From NCBI RefSeq assembly GCF_964188315.1, contig NC_135669.1, positions 27,838,001 to 27,902,000 on the forward strand: a stretch of 64,000 nucleotides of DNA, given 5' to 3'. The stretch comes from Podarcis muralis (lineage: Eukaryota). Shown piece by piece: positions 62,312 through 64,000 of this stretch. The stretch's first letter is position 1; every line of letters begins with the position of its first letter. Made by a program: the position numbers and the translations under genes. The notes under the pieces are model-generated. The model did no database searches and had not been told where the DNA came from. It saw only the letters and a program-made list of their open reading frames with translations.

Positions 62312-62351
62312 CTGTTCCCTGGCATACTGACTCCAAAACTTGTTTCCATTA

Positions 62352-62712
62352 AGACCATGAGTTTTGATCAGACCTGTATCTGGCCAACGGCCCATTCAAC
62401 CAGAATGCTGTTCCTACAAGTGCCCAACCAGCTGCCTATAGGCAGCAAGCAATCGGAACATGTTTCACTTGTGTTCCACAGCAACCAATGTTTGGAGACA
62501 TGCCGCCTTTGATGCTGGAGCTGGTGCACAGCCATCATGACCAGTAGCCACCAATAGCCCTATCCCTCCATGAATTTGTATAATCCCCTTTTAAAGCCAA
62601 CCCAATTGTTGGCCAACACTAAAACTTGTGGTAGCAAATTCTGTAGTGTAGCTCTGTACTGCCTGAAAAAAGGTGTTTCTTTTTATCTGTCTTGGGTCAC
62701 CCCCAGCTTCTA
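62352..62712 (-). mobile_element. CR1 LINE 3' fragment, decayed
   Basis: atagccctatccctccatgaatttg...ccccttttaaagcc...ttggcc, homologous to 30061-30370. Confidence 0.65.
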
Positions 62713-63769
62713 GTATTTTATTTATTTAGATTTATGTACGGCCCTTCATCACCAGATCTCAGGGCGGTTCACAAGTTGAAAATACAAGGTTGAAACACCA
62801 GTAAATAGTTCAAAACAACAAAACAATAACCCCCAAAAAAACCTATTTAAAAGGCTTTAGAATATTAAATCAGTCGTACAAAACAAGACAAAAATTGAAA
62901 TACAAATTCAAAATACAAATTAGCATAACACTTAAGAACAATTTAAAACAACCCCGCCCCAAATAGACAACACCCCCCCAAAAAAGTGGGAATGTGTTGG
63001 CAGGTAGGAGAGGATATATTGATTAAATATGATCCCTCCTCACTCAGCTTGTGAGCAAACAGCAGAGCACATTCCCTTGCAGCTTGTAGGAAGCTGTTGA
63101 TGGTTTCAGTCTTTTAATTAAGCAATCCAGGATGCCTTTGTGCAGGCTGGGATTCTTCCTGGCGATTTCCCCTTTATTTCCCCTCTTACTCAGTTCACAG
63201 CAGTAATCTGAAGGCAGGCTTCATCTCGTGGTTACAGTTACATTTGTAGGGTAAAACATGTAGAGAAAACAAGTCTGAGCCAAATCTCAGACTCACAAGA
63301 TGTGTGGCTTGCCTCCTCTGTAATGGATGAGCCCAGGGGTTGGCGAAGAGCCAGGAGCTGTCGAGTTCAAGTCCAAAAAGAGAAAATTGAGGAAAAGGGA
63401 AGATCTATCCACTTTCTCTGAACCATGCATAATTTGATACTCCTCTGTCATGCCCCCCCCCCGTTTTGCCTTTTTTCTAAATTAAAAAAACACCCGTGTT
63501 GTAGCCTTTCCTCCCTTAATAATTAAACTGTTATAGCTTCATCTCCTTCATGCCATCTCAGCTGTAGTCATCACTGCACCAGTTATAATTTAGAGTTTAG
63601 ACAGCGACACAAGAGGGTGCCTTATACCAGGAAACATGGCGCAATATCCAACCAAGCAGCTCCATTAGCACAAGGGCTTGCATCATGGAACTTCCTTTCC
63701 TTCTCGTCTCCCCACACACCCGCCCCATAGCTGGTGTAAGAAAAAAATAATGTGCATATTAATCTAGGT

Positions 63770-63905
63770 CAGTGTTTCTCAAACTTGAATCTCCAGCTGT
63801 TTTTGGACTACAACTCCCATCATTCCTAGTTAGCAAGACCAGTGGTCAGGGATGATGAGATTTGTAGCCTAAAGACGACTGGAGACTCAAGTTTGGGAAA
63901 CACTG
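63770..63905. mobile_element. hAT MITE (136 bp, palindromic)
   Basis: TIR CAGTGTTTCTCAAACTTG/CAAGTTTGGGAAACACTG. 8-bp TSD ATCTAGGT/ATATAGGT. A related partial copy lies at about 9175-9290. Confidence 0.85.
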
Positions 63906-64000
63906 ATATAGGTGATGAATAATTTTATGATTAAGGGAAAATCAAGAGGGTTCAAGATTATGGGGACAGGGAATCATGAAATTAGCATGAAGTTTCAGCT

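Noticed and set aside
1-64000. CRISPR array, rRNA or prokaryotic systems
   Set aside because: Spliced vertebrate gene context. No repeat-spacer array or rRNA sequence seen.

Overview
Vertebrate genomic DNA, almost certainly a squamate and probably a lacertid lizard (inferred from Sauria SINEs and CR1/L2/L1, hAT and mariner MITE content). One protein-coding gene dominates: the 5' part of PRDM10 on the minus strand. It has a CpG-island promoter and non-coding exon 1 near 57.7 kb, an AUG exon at 35.8 kb, and 11 coding exons recognisable from human PRDM10 (zinc knuckle, PR/SET domain, first C2H2 fingers), ending at 3897. The remaining exons lie beyond the left edge. I also found an in-frame 144-nt exon (24932-25075) that the ORF track misses. 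The rest is intron and upstream DNA filled with TEs. Most interesting observations: (1) three SINE-like elements with different tRNA heads (Lys, Ile, Asn) on the same CR1 3' tail; (2) the hidden exon carrying CCT/GCT repeats; (3) a leader with three upstream AUGs and a hairpin, whose main frame is stop-free, so an exon 2-4 circle would be an endless ORF; (4) a cluster of TGTGGTAAAA motifs beside the promoter; (5) a 65-bp Penelope fold-back carrying a broken hammerhead ribozyme; (6) several candidate alternative or poison exons. All gene models and TE family names come from reading by eye and from recalled homology. No searches were run.
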